This document shows, one piece after another, positions 20,328 through 28,896 of a stretch of 32,100 bases of DNA. A program made the position numbers and the translations under genes. Origin of the DNA: Gemmatimonadota bacterium (lineage in GTDB: Bacteria > Gemmatimonadota > Gemmatimonadetes > Gemmatimonadales > GWC2-71-9); NCBI GenBank assembly GCA_003221825.1, contig QHUE01000164.1, positions 1 through 32,100 on the forward strand, written 5' to 3'. The notes beneath the pieces were generated by a model. It searched no databases. It saw only the letters and a program-made list of their open reading frames with translations, and was not told the DNA's origin. Numbering within the stretch: the first letter of the stretch is position 1; each line of letters starts with the position of its first letter.

Positions 20328-21752
20328 GTGGATAACCGTACGAACGGCGTCGCACCCATCCGCCGCACGAAGATCGTCGCGACCCTCGGTCCAGCGACCG
20401 GGACCGAGTCGACGATCGGCGCCCTGCTGCAGGCCGGCGCCAACGTGCTCCGCATCAATGCCTCCCACGGCACCGCCGAGCTGCGGGCGGAGTGGATCGC
20501 CGCGGCGCGGCGTGTCGCGAAGCGCATGGAGGTCCCGGTCGCCGTCCTGCTCGACCTCCAGGGACCACGGATTCGCGTCGGGGATCTGCCCGCTCCGCGG
20601 GAGCTCACGGCGGGTCAGCCGGTGGTGTTCGCTCCCGAAGAGATCGCGCGCGGCGACGAGCTGCCCACGACCTACGAGGGTCTGGCGACCGATGCGCGCG
20701 TCGGCTCCCGCATCCTGCTGAACGACGGCTTGCTCTCGGTCGAGGTCACCGGCGTGGACGGCCCACGCGTGCGCGGCCGTGTCGTCGACGGCGGCATTCT
20801 GACCGCGCACAAGGGGATGAACCTGCCCGGCGTACAGGTCTCGGCGCCGGCGCTCACCGAGAAGGATCGCGAAGACGTGCAGGACGCGATCAAGATCGGT
20901 GTCGACTATCTCGCCCTGTCGTTCGTGCGCCGTCCGGAGGACATCGCGGAGCTGCGCGCCCTCGCTCCCGGCGCCACGAAGCTCGTGGCGAAAATCGAGA
21001 AGGCGACCGCGCTCGACAATCTCGACAAGATCGTGGCCGCCTCCGACGCCGTAATGGTGGCGCGCGGCGATCTCGGCGTGGAATTGCCGTTCGAACAGGT
21101 GCCGCTCGTGCAGAAACGGCTGATCAGCGAGGCGAATCACCAGGGCAAGCCGGTGATCACCGCGACGCAGATGCTCGAGTCGATGGTGCACAACCCGAGG
21201 CCCACGCGCGCCGAAGCGTCCGACGTCGCCAACGCGATTCTCGACGGCACCGATGCGGTGATGCTCTCGGCAGAAACCGCCGTCGGACAATTCCCGGTCG
21301 AGGCGGTGCGCGCCATGGACCGCATCATCCGGGAAATGGAGCGGCATCCGCTGCGGCACCGGGAAGAGCGGCGCACCGCCACCGACGGCGTCCATACGGA
21401 AGACGCGATCGCCTGGGGCACGCACGCCGTGGCGCGCATGCTCAAGACGCCGCTCATCGTGACGCTCACCAAGGGCGGGTTCACGGCACGCAAGGTCGCA
21501 GCGCTGCGCCCCCCCGTCCCGATTCTCGCCGTCACCACCGAGTCGCCCACGTACCGGCAGCTCGCGTTGGTGTGGGGCATCATCCCCGTCCTGGTGGACC
21601 GGGTGCCGGGCTACGACGCGATGCTGACCGTCGTCCGCGACCTGATTCTCAAACGCCAGTACGCCAAGCCCGGGGATTCCATCGTCATGACGGCCGGCGT
21701 GCCGTGGGACGTGTCCGGCAGCACCAACCTGATCAAGGTCGAGCAGGTGTAA
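20328..21752 (+). CDS. pyk: Pyruvate kinase
   Basis: RRTKIVATLGPA, DLQGPRIR, KIE, MVARGDLGVE, ATQMLESM, DAVMLSAET. Confidence 0.97.
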   Translation: MDNRTNGVAPIRRTKIVATLGPATGTESTIGALLQAGANVLRINASHGTAELRAEWIAAARRVAKRMEVPVAVLLDLQGPRIRVGDLPAPRELTAGQPVVFAPEEIARGDELPTTYEGLATDARVGSRILLNDGLLSVEVTGVDGPRVRGRVVDGGILTAHKGMNLPGVQVSAPALTEKDREDVQDAIKIGVDYLALSFVRRPEDIAELRALAPGATKLVAKIEKATALDNLDKIVAASDAVMVARGDLGVELPFEQVPLVQKRLISEANHQGKPVITATQMLESMVHNPRPTRAEASDVANAILDGTDAVMLSAETAVGQFPVEAVRAMDRIIREMERHPLRHREERRTATDGVHTEDAIAWGTHAVARMLKTPLIVTLTKGGFTARKVAALRPPVPILAVTTESPTYRQLALVWGIIPVLVDRVPGYDAMLTVVRDLILKRQYAKPGDSIVMTAGVPWDVSGSTNLIKVEQV

Positions 21753-21753
21753 C

Positions 21754-22536
21754 GTGCGGGTGACCCTGCTGGGCACCGGCACGTCGTTCGGCGTGCCGCA
21801 GATTGGTTGTCGCTGTCCCACCTGTACATCCGCTGACCCGCGCGACCGGCGCACCCGCACCGCCGCATTCATCGAGACCCGCGGCACACGATTCCTCATC
21901 GATACGCCACCGGAGCTCCGCTTGCAGCTCGTCGCCGCCGGGATCGATCATGTGGACGCCGTGCTGTTCACGCACGCGCATGCCGATCACGTGCACGGCA
22001 TCGACGATCTGCGGGCGCTCTCCGTGCGTCAGGGGGCGGTGCTGCCGGCGTACGGCTCGCGCCCGACGATGGCGGAGCTGGTCGCCAAATTTCCGTACAT
22101 CTTCGATCCGTCGATCGTCGTTCCGCTCGGCACGAGCAAGCCGGAGCTCACGGCCCACGTCCTCCAACCCGGCGTGAGCGCGTCCATCGCCGGTGTCCCG
22201 GTGTTGCCGCTCGCGCTGCCGCACGGGGACCATGAGGTCTTCGGCTACCGTATCGGGGCGATGGCATATCTCACCGACGTCAAGGTGATTCCCACCACCG
22301 TGATCGAGGAGCTGGCGGATCTGGAGGTTCTGGTCCTGAACGCCCTCCTGTCGCGTCCGCATCCATTGCATCTGTCGGTTCCGGAAGCGATCGCCGTGGC
22401 GCAGCGCATTGGCGCGCGCCAAACGTTCTTTACGCATCTCACGCATGAAAACACGCACGCGGCGCTGGCCGCGACCCTGCCCGCGGGTATCGCGCCCGCG
22501 TATGACGGGCTGGTTATCGACCTACCCGGGCCATAA
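21754..22536 (+). CDS. MBL-fold metallo-hydrolase, PhnP/YycJ-like
   Basis: LGTGTS.GVP.IGC.C..C, THAHADHVHG, HLTH, AYDGL. Confidence 0.9.
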   Translation: MRVTLLGTGTSFGVPQIGCRCPTCTSADPRDRRTRTAAFIETRGTRFLIDTPPELRLQLVAAGIDHVDAVLFTHAHADHVHGIDDLRALSVRQGAVLPAYGSRPTMAELVAKFPYIFDPSIVVPLGTSKPELTAHVLQPGVSASIAGVPVLPLALPHGDHEVFGYRIGAMAYLTDVKVIPTTVIEELADLEVLVLNALLSRPHPLHLSVPEAIAVAQRIGARQTFFTHLTHENTHAALAATLPAGIAPAYDGLVIDLPGP

Positions 22537-22564
22537 ATTCCGCCGCCAGGAGGCGGGAACACGC

Positions 22565-23700
22565 ATGCTCAAGGAAAGCGCCAAGATCGACGCGCTGGTG
22601 CGGAAGGCTGTCTTCGGCTGGACGCGGGCGCGATCATCTGCGAGATCGCCCGCAGCGAGATCGCCTACACCGATCAGCGGCCCGCCGAGTACGTGGCGGT
22701 AATGACCGCCGCGGCGCTGCGCGAGGGGTTCACCGGGCCGTTGTTCATTCAGGGCGATCACGTGCAGGTCAACGCGAAGAAGTACGCCGCCGATCCCGAG
22801 GCCGAGCTGAAAGCGTTGCGCGCGCTGATCGACGAGGAGCTGCACGCCGGCTTTTACAACATCGACATCGACACGTCGACGCTCGTCGATCTCTCCAAGC
22901 CCAACCTCGACGAACAGCAGCGCACGAACTACGAGCGCGCGGCCGAGCTGACCCAGTTCATCCGCGACCGCGAGCCCGATGGCGTCACCGTGTCCGTCGG
23001 CGCGGAAATCGGCGAAGTCGGCGGCAAGAACAGCGACGTGCACGAGCTGCAGGCCTTCATGGAAGGCTACAACCGCTCGCTCACGCAGCGGGGCGACTAC
23101 GCCGGCATCTCCAAGATCTCGGTGCAGACGGGCACCAGCCACGGGGGCGTGGTCCTGCCCGACGGCTCGATCGCCAAGGTGCAGCTCGATCTCGCAGCGC
23201 TGAAAGCGCTGTCGCAGGATGCGCGCAAGAAGTACGGGCTGGGCGGCGCAGTCCAGCACGGCGCGTCCACCCTGCCGCCCGAGGCCTTCTCGCAGTTCCC
23301 CCAGTGCGAGGCGGTCGAGATCCACCTGGCCACGAATTTCCAGACGATCGTCATGGATCATCCGGCGTTGCCGAAGGATCTGCGCCGCGACGTGAACGAG
23401 TGGGTCAAGGTCGAAGCCAAAGAAGAGTGGAAGCAAGGCGATACCGAGGAACAGTTCATCTACAAGAGCCGCAAGAAAGCGATCGGCCCCTTCAAGCGGC
23501 GGTTCTGGGACCTCCCCGCCGACATCCGCGCGGCGATCGGCGCCGATCTCGAGCAGACGTTCGCGTTCCTGTTCGAGCAGCTGCGCGTGAAGGGCACCCG
23601 GGCAGCCACGGACAAATACGTGAAACCGCAGCTCGATTCCCACGCCGCGCCGCGGGCAGCGTTGGTGTCGGCGCCGGACGACGCGGAGGCGGGCGAATGA
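22565..23700 (+). CDS. Class II fructose-bisphosphate aldolase-like protein; N-terminal deletion/frameshift at ~22617
   Basis: SD GGAGG before ATG 22565. The main frame gives EIARSEIAYTDQRP, QGDH, GAEIGEVGG, GTSHGG, VQHGAS. Confidence 0.85.
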
Positions 23701-24050
23701 GTGAGCGGAGTGGAGGGTTCGGCGCGTTCCTGTTCGGCATCGTGCTCGGCGCCGTCGCGGGATTCGTGTTCGCGCCCACGGAAAGCGGCGAGAGCACGCG
23801 CCGCAAGGTGACGAAGGGCCTGCGCAACCTGAAGGAGCTCGCCGAGGACAAAGTGGACGAGGTGCGCGGCCTCCTCAAGGAGGCCGAGGCGGACGCCGCG
23901 GAGTCCGAGGACGACGCAGACGATGAAGAGCCGGAGATCACGACGCGCGAGCAGCTGCGGCGCCGGCTCGAGGCCGCCCGCCGCCGTCGCGCCCGGGCCC
24001 GCCCGCCGGTGCCCCCTGTGTCCGAGGAGGAGGACGAGCCGCTCGCGTGA
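23697..24050 (+). CDS. YtxH-like protein
   Basis: FLFGIVLGAVAGFVFAP..SGESTRRK motif; ATGA overlap with the upstream stop. Confidence 0.8.
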   Translation: MSERSGGFGAFLFGIVLGAVAGFVFAPTESGESTRRKVTKGLRNLKELAEDKVDEVRGLLKEAEADAAESEDDADDEEPEITTREQLRRRLEAARRRRARARPPVPPVSEEEDEPLA

Positions 24051-24883
24051 ATCGTGAAGGCGGCTGGCACCGCACGGTCACCGGCGTCGTCCGGCGCACC
24101 CTCGAGGCAGCCTACGAAGACAACATTCCCTTTCTCGCCGGCGCGCTGTCGTTCGACATTCTCCTCACTGCCATTCCGTTCGTCGGGCTCGTCCTGGCCG
24201 TCGTCGGCTACCTCGCCCAATACCAGCTCGCCATTCATCAGCTGAACGTCCACGAGCTGCTGGAGCGCTTTCTGCCCGAGTCCAGCGGTGGGGAGACGGG
24301 ACAGTTCGGCTTCATCGAGCGCGGCCTCGGCGATCTCGTCGCCCGGCGCGGCCACCTGACGCTTTTCGCCGCGCCCCTGTTCCTGTGGTTCTCGACTCGT
24401 ATGTTCGGGGGACTGCGTGCGGCCCTGAACGAAGTGTTCGACACCGAGGAGAACCGATCCTGGCCGAGGGCCAAGCTGCTCGACATCGCGATGGTGTTCG
24501 TCGCCGGGACCCTGTTCCTCGCGATCGCGTTTGCGACCACGACCCGCGGGGTCGGATCGCAGCTCGCGTCGCTCCTGTTCAGCACGTCCCTCTTCTACGT
24601 GATCTTCAAGTACCTGCCCAGCCGGCGCATCTACTGGCGTACCAGCGTGGTGGCCTCGGTGTTTTGCGCCGTCGCCTTCGAGATCGCCAAACGGCTGTAT
24701 GCGCTGTACGTGACGCGCTTCGTGACGTTCGACCGCGTGGCGTCGGACGCGAATCTCATCGGTCTCTTTCTGTTCCTGCTGTGGATCTACTACACGGCCT
24801 ATGTGTTTCTCCTCGGCGGCGAGGTGGCGGAGACGTACGACCTGATGCGCATGCGACGCCTGCAACGCGTGCGCCTCGGATGA
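24047..24883 (+). CDS. YihY/virulence factor BrkB family membrane protein
   Basis: DNIPFLAGALSF, ALNEVF, FEIAK, LLWIYY..LLGGE. Confidence 0.88.
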   Translation: MNREGGWHRTVTGVVRRTLEAAYEDNIPFLAGALSFDILLTAIPFVGLVLAVVGYLAQYQLAIHQLNVHELLERFLPESSGGETGQFGFIERGLGDLVARRGHLTLFAAPLFLWFSTRMFGGLRAALNEVFDTEENRSWPRAKLLDIAMVFVAGTLFLAIAFATTTRGVGSQLASLLFSTSLFYVIFKYLPSRRIYWRTSVVASVFCAVAFEIAKRLYALYVTRFVTFDRVASDANLIGLFLFLLWIYYTAYVFLLGGEVAETYDLMRMRRLQRVRLG

Positions 24884-25911
24884 CTACGCCCCTGATCGAT
24901 CTCCGGTCCGATACCGTCACCAGACCGTCGCCCGGCATGCGGCGCGCGATGGCGGACGCCGAGGTCGGCGACGATGTGCTCGACGGCGACCCGACCACGC
25001 GCCGGCTCGAGGAGCGCATCGCGGAGCTGCTGGGCACCGGGGACGCGCTCTTCTTCCCGTCGGGCACGCAGGCCAATCAGACCGGCATCGCGCTGGTCAC
25101 CGAGCCGGGCACCGAGCTGCTGCTCGAAGCCAACGCGCACCTCGTGCACTCCGAGGTGGCCGGCGTCGCCGCGCTGTCAGGCGTGCAGATCCGGCCGATC
25201 ACCACGCCCGACGGCCTGCTCACCGCCGACCAGGTCCGCGGCGCGCTGCGGGTGCCATCGCCACACGTCCCGCGCATCACGGCACTCGCGATCGAGAACA
25301 CGCACAGCACCGCCGGCGGGCGGGTGCTCGATGCCGCGGGGGTAGACGGGCTGGTCCGCGCGGCCCGCGACGCGCGACTCGCAGTCCACCTCGACGGGGC
25401 GCGGCTCTGGAACGCCGCCGTGGCGGCCGGAGTGCCGCCGGCACGGTTGGCGCAAGGCGCCGCCACGGTGATGGTGAGCATCTCGAAGGGACTCGGCTGT
25501 CCCGTCGGGTCATGCCTCGGATTCAAGCAGGAGTGGCGCGCCCGCGCGTGGGAAATCCGCAAACGCCTGGGGGGCGGGATGCGTCAGTCGGGCATCCTCG
25601 CCGCAGCGGGACTGTACGCGCTCGATCACAACCTCGCGCGCATCGGTGAGGACCACGCCAACGCCAAACGCTTCGCCGAGCTACTGTCCGACAGTCCGAC
25701 CGTCCGACCGTCCGACCCGCAAACGAACATCGTGATGGTCGACCTGCTGCGGAGCGGTGACACACCTGAGCCGGTGTCCCAGCGGCTGGCGCAGGCAGGA
25801 GTCCGGCTTGCGCCGTGGGGACCGCGGCGCCTGCGCGCGGTCACGCATCTCGATGTGAGCCGGGCCGACGTCGAGCGCGCCGCCCGGATCATCCTGGAGA
25901 CACTGCGGTGA
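24880..25911 (+). CDS. ltaE: Low-specificity L-threonine aldolase
   Basis: IDLRSDTVT, SGTQAN, HLDGARLWNA, SKGLGCPVGS, GGGMRQSG. Confidence 0.92.
   Translation: MTTPLIDLRSDTVTRPSPGMRRAMADAEVGDDVLDGDPTTRRLEERIAELLGTGDALFFPSGTQANQTGIALVTEPGTELLLEANAHLVHSEVAGVAALSGVQIRPITTPDGLLTADQVRGALRVPSPHVPRITALAIENTHSTAGGRVLDAAGVDGLVRAARDARLAVHLDGARLWNAAVAAGVPPARLAQGAATVMVSISKGLGCPVGSCLGFKQEWRARAWEIRKRLGGGMRQSGILAAAGLYALDHNLARIGEDHANAKRFAELLSDSPTVRPSDPQTNIVMVDLLRSGDTPEPVSQRLAQAGVRLAPWGPRRLRAVTHLDVSRADVERAARIILETLR
25686..25717 (+). repeat. 4 x 8-bp tandem repeat GTCCGAC(A/C) inside ltaE
   Basis: gtccgaca gtccgacc gtccgacc gtccgacc. Confidence 0.85.
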
Positions 25912-27671
25912 GCCCGCGCCCCGAGCCTCGCGCGCAGCCCATGCCGATGGATCGGGCGATCCTGTGGAACCCGTCCCTGCCGGGCGCCAAGCCAACGGGG
26001 GGCGGTCGCGCGCCGTATCCCATCTTCTTTCAGCAGGAAGCCGTCGTCGCGCTCCAGGAACACGTCAAGAGCTCGCCGACCCAGGCGATTTTTGGGTTCC
26101 TCATCGGGGATGTGTATCGGGATCCGGAAAACGGCGTGCTGTACGCCATCATCGACAAGACGCTGAAGCTCAGCCAGCCGATCTACGGTGACAAGACGGA
26201 GGTCGTTGTCTCGCGGTTGTGGGACCGAATGCAGGAGCAGCTCAAGAAGGCGGCCGGCACGCTGCTCGGCTGGTACCACAGCCATCCGGGGCAGGGTGGA
26301 TACCTCACCGCGCACGACGTCGAGACCCACGAGAAATTCTTCACCGATCCCTGGCAGGTCGCGATTCTCGTGGCCGCCGAAGCGGGCGGCGTGACAGGCA
26401 AATTCTTTCGATCCTCACAGACTGACGACTGGCATAAGACGCCGCTGCCGTTCTACGAGCTGCTGCAACCCGACTCGATCAAGCCGGATGGGAAGAAGCG
26501 CTCCTTCATTACGTGGAGGAATTACAAGCAGTACGGTCCGACGCTGACGGGGCCGAGGCCCAAAGTCTCGACACCGGAGCCGCCGCCGCCACCCGAGGCA
26601 GAAGAGCCGGAGGAAGTCGAAGCCGAGGCGCCGGAGCCTTCGAAGAAGAAAGAGACTAAGCCGGCGGGTGATCGCGGCTTCCGGATCATGCGGTCGAGCG
26701 CCGATGACATCCCCGTCGTCAAGACCAGCGCGGACGACGAGCCGGCGCCTCCGCCTGTGCCGACTCCTCCTCCGCCACCACCCAAGAGCGCCTCCAAGAC
26801 GCGGCCTGCGGCGCCGGTCTTTGTTCCGGACGAGCCTCCGGAGCCGAAGCCTCCGGCTCCGCCACCACCACCGCCACCGCCCTCGTCCGCACCGCCCCCT
26901 GTGCAGAAACCCGGCGACCTTCCCTGGACGGTGACGCCGGAATCGGTGCGTGCCGTTCCTCCACCACCGATCTCGTCGCCGTCCCCGCCTCCGGCTCCGG
27001 CTCCGCGACGCACGCCTTCGCACTCGTTCCGGCTGCTCGACGAAGACGAGGAAAAGAAGCCGGCGCCCAAACCGCGCCGCCGGAAGCGGCGCGGTCCCTG
27101 GCTCCGGCGCGTTGCGATTCTGTTGTTGCTCGCCGGCGCAGGGGCGGGGGGGTATTGGTACGTCGTGCTTCGCAATCCCGGCGTGCCGCCGCCCTGGACC
27201 GGGCTGCTCGACCGCGCGAAGCAACTCGTCGCGCGCGTGACGGCGCGAAAGCCCACGCCACCGGCGCCGCGACGGCGACCCGTGACCGCCCCCGCTCCCA
27301 CCGCCGCGACCGCACCCCCTGCGGCGGTGCCGCCACCTGCCGCCGCACCAGTGCCCGCGCCTGTGCCTGTGCCGCAGCCTGTGGCGCCCGCCTCGCCATT
27401 CGCGCGCTTTGATCGTCTGTCGGACTCGTTGTCGCGCGCGGTGCGCAATTTCCAGGATCGAGCGGCGTTGTTCGCCAGCGGGCGGATGGATTGCGGTGGT
27501 CTGGCCAGCGGCCTCGTGTCGGTCGAAAACCTGTGGTCCACGTACAACGTGGAGCGTCGCGCGCGAATGGCGTCGTTCGACGCGCGCCGCGCCACGCAGG
27601 ATCAGGCGATGTACGCGGCCGTAGACGCGGTCGAAAGCGGCTTCGAGCGTTCAGGATGCCCGCGGCCCTGA
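25908..27671 (+). CDS. JAB/MPN-domain protein with Pro-rich linker, TM helix and small helical C-terminal domain
   Basis: GTGA overlap; FGFLIG..LGWYHSHPGQGGYLTAHD; basic stretch + TM VAILLLLAGAGAGGYWYVV; two C-terminal Cys. Confidence 0.8.
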   Translation: MSPRPEPRAQPMPMDRAILWNPSLPGAKPTGGGRAPYPIFFQQEAVVALQEHVKSSPTQAIFGFLIGDVYRDPENGVLYAIIDKTLKLSQPIYGDKTEVVVSRLWDRMQEQLKKAAGTLLGWYHSHPGQGGYLTAHDVETHEKFFTDPWQVAILVAAEAGGVTGKFFRSSQTDDWHKTPLPFYELLQPDSIKPDGKKRSFITWRNYKQYGPTLTGPRPKVSTPEPPPPPEAEEPEEVEAEAPEPSKKKETKPAGDRGFRIMRSSADDIPVVKTSADDEPAPPPVPTPPPPPPKSASKTRPAAPVFVPDEPPEPKPPAPPPPPPPPSSAPPPVQKPGDLPWTVTPESVRAVPPPPISSPSPPPAPAPRRTPSHSFRLLDEDEEKKPAPKPRRRKRRGPWLRRVAILLLLAGAGAGGYWYVVLRNPGVPPPWTGLLDRAKQLVARVTARKPTPPAPRRRPVTAPAPTAATAPPAAVPPPAAAPVPAPVPVPQPVAPASPFARFDRLSDSLSRAVRNFQDRAALFASGRMDCGGLASGLVSVENLWSTYNVERRARMASFDARRATQDQAMYAAVDAVESGFERSGCPRP

Positions 27672-28648
27672 GCGCCGTGTTCGCCGCGCTGGTCGTGCTG
27701 CAGGGACCGGCAGCACTCCGCAAGAGCGATCTGGTGCGTCTGCTGTCCGGGGCGATGATGTCGCCGCTGGAGCTGGCGCAGCTCGTGCGGCGAAACTGTT
27801 TGACGTTCGAGCCGACCGACCGCGATCGCAACGATCTGCGCCTGCTCGGCGCGGATGCCTCGGTGCTCGGGGCGGTGGACAATTGCGCACGGCGCCGAGC
27901 GCCGCGTCGGCCGGCGGCCACTCGTGCGCGGACCACAGCGAGACCGCCAGCCGCAGCACCTCCGCCCGCTCCACCGCCTCCCCCACAAGCGGTCATACAG
28001 GTGCAACGCGTCCTGGACAGAGTGTCGGCCGATCGCAGCGGCTTTGTGTTGGGCGGTGGGCAGCGCGGGACCGCCGGCGCGCAGTTACCCCGCGCGCTGG
28101 TGTTCGAGGTGCGCGACTCGGCCGGCGCCGTGCTCTCGGGGCAGGCGGTGACGTTCACCGGTGTCAATGCCCGCATCCAGCCGGCCGTAGCCCCGACGGA
28201 TGCCGCGGGGCAAGTCCACGTGGGGGTGACGTTAGGCGAGCGCGTCGGCTCGGCGACGGTGATCGCGTCGATCGGCATCGTCGAGAAGCAAGTCGCGTTC
28301 AATGTCGCGGCCGGACCGGCGACGCAGCTGGTGGTGGTGTGCGGCTCGGCCGCGTTGTCGGGAGGGGGCCACGTCGTGATCCGACCCGATTCGAGCGTGG
28401 TCTTGCGCGTGTCCGCGCAGGATGGCTTCGCGAATCCCACGCCGCTCCTCGGGTTGCGCGCCGCGGTGGCCGACGCGCGCATCTTTCGAGTGTCGGGCGT
28501 GGCGCAGGACAGCGCCGCCGGGACCGTGACCCTCAAGCCCGATCAGCCGGGCACGACGAGCCTCGCCGTCATCGCCAATGGCATGCGGCAGTATCTCACC
28601 GTGACGGTGCCCCCGCGGGCCGCCCCGGGCAAAGTAGACTGTCGATGA
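27656..28648 (+). CDS. Exported Ig-like (Big_1/invasin-type) domain protein
   Basis: Signal-like N-terminus; GGGQRGTAGAQLPRALVFEVRDSAG..VTF..TDAAG; second repeat QDGFANP. Confidence 0.7.
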   Translation: MPAALSAVFAALVVLQGPAALRKSDLVRLLSGAMMSPLELAQLVRRNCLTFEPTDRDRNDLRLLGADASVLGAVDNCARRRAPRRPAATRARTTARPPAAAPPPAPPPPPQAVIQVQRVLDRVSADRSGFVLGGGQRGTAGAQLPRALVFEVRDSAGAVLSGQAVTFTGVNARIQPAVAPTDAAGQVHVGVTLGERVGSATVIASIGIVEKQVAFNVAAGPATQLVVVCGSAALSGGGHVVIRPDSSVVLRVSAQDGFANPTPLLGLRAAVADARIFRVSGVAQDSAAGTVTLKPDQPGTTSLAVIANGMRQYLTVTVPPRAAPGKVDCR

Positions 28649-28650
28649 CG

Positions 28651-28716
28651 GCGAATGATCAATGTTCAATGATCATTGATCAGTGATCATTGATGATTGG
28701 ACATTGGTTATTGGAA
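28651..28716. repeat. AT-rich heptamer tandem array (AWTGATC consensus), about 9 units
   Basis: aatgatc aatgttc aatgatc attgatc agtgatc attgatg attggac attggtt attggaa. Confidence 0.9.
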
Positions 28717-28723
28717 GTAAAAT

Positions 28724-28820
28724 GCCCCAGGCACCCCGCAACGAATCCCGGCATCGTTTAGCGCTGCTCCCTGCGGGGGCCTGACGCGGTTCACGAGCGG
28801 AAAGCCTGCGGACCTGGGGC
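28724..28820 (-). ncRNA. ffs: Signal recognition particle RNA (small bacterial 4.5S type)
   Basis: Minus strand reads GCCCCAGG...GTGAACCGCGTCAGGCCCCCGCAGGGAGCAGCG...CCTGGGGC: conserved helix 8 (TCAGG..AGCAGC) with complementary ends, 97 nt, next to dnaX. Confidence 0.9.
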
Positions 28821-28829
28821 GCCTGAAAT

Positions 28830-28873
28830 ATCATTGATCAATGATCAATGTTCAATGATCATTGATCATTCGC
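28830..28873. repeat. Second heptamer array, related to the first as both direct and inverted repeat
   Basis: attgatc aatgatc aatgttc aatgatc attgatc att. Confidence 0.9.
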
Positions 28874-28896
28874 GCGCCGATGTAGATTAGAAGTCA

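Noticed and set aside
20298-20335. oriC
   Set aside because: Only two DnaA boxes, no AT-rich unwinding element and no dnaA/dnaN nearby.
26415-28536. Long antisense ORFs (e.g. 26719-28536, 20247-21899, 23492-24865, 9995-11137)
   Set aside because: These are shadow frames of well-supported genes in GC-rich DNA, with low-complexity Arg/Ala/Gly content and no motifs.
28651-28873. CRISPR array or MITE/IS ends
   Set aside because: The repeats are 7-bp tandem units without unique spacers; no cas or transposase genes; the enclosed sequence is ffs.
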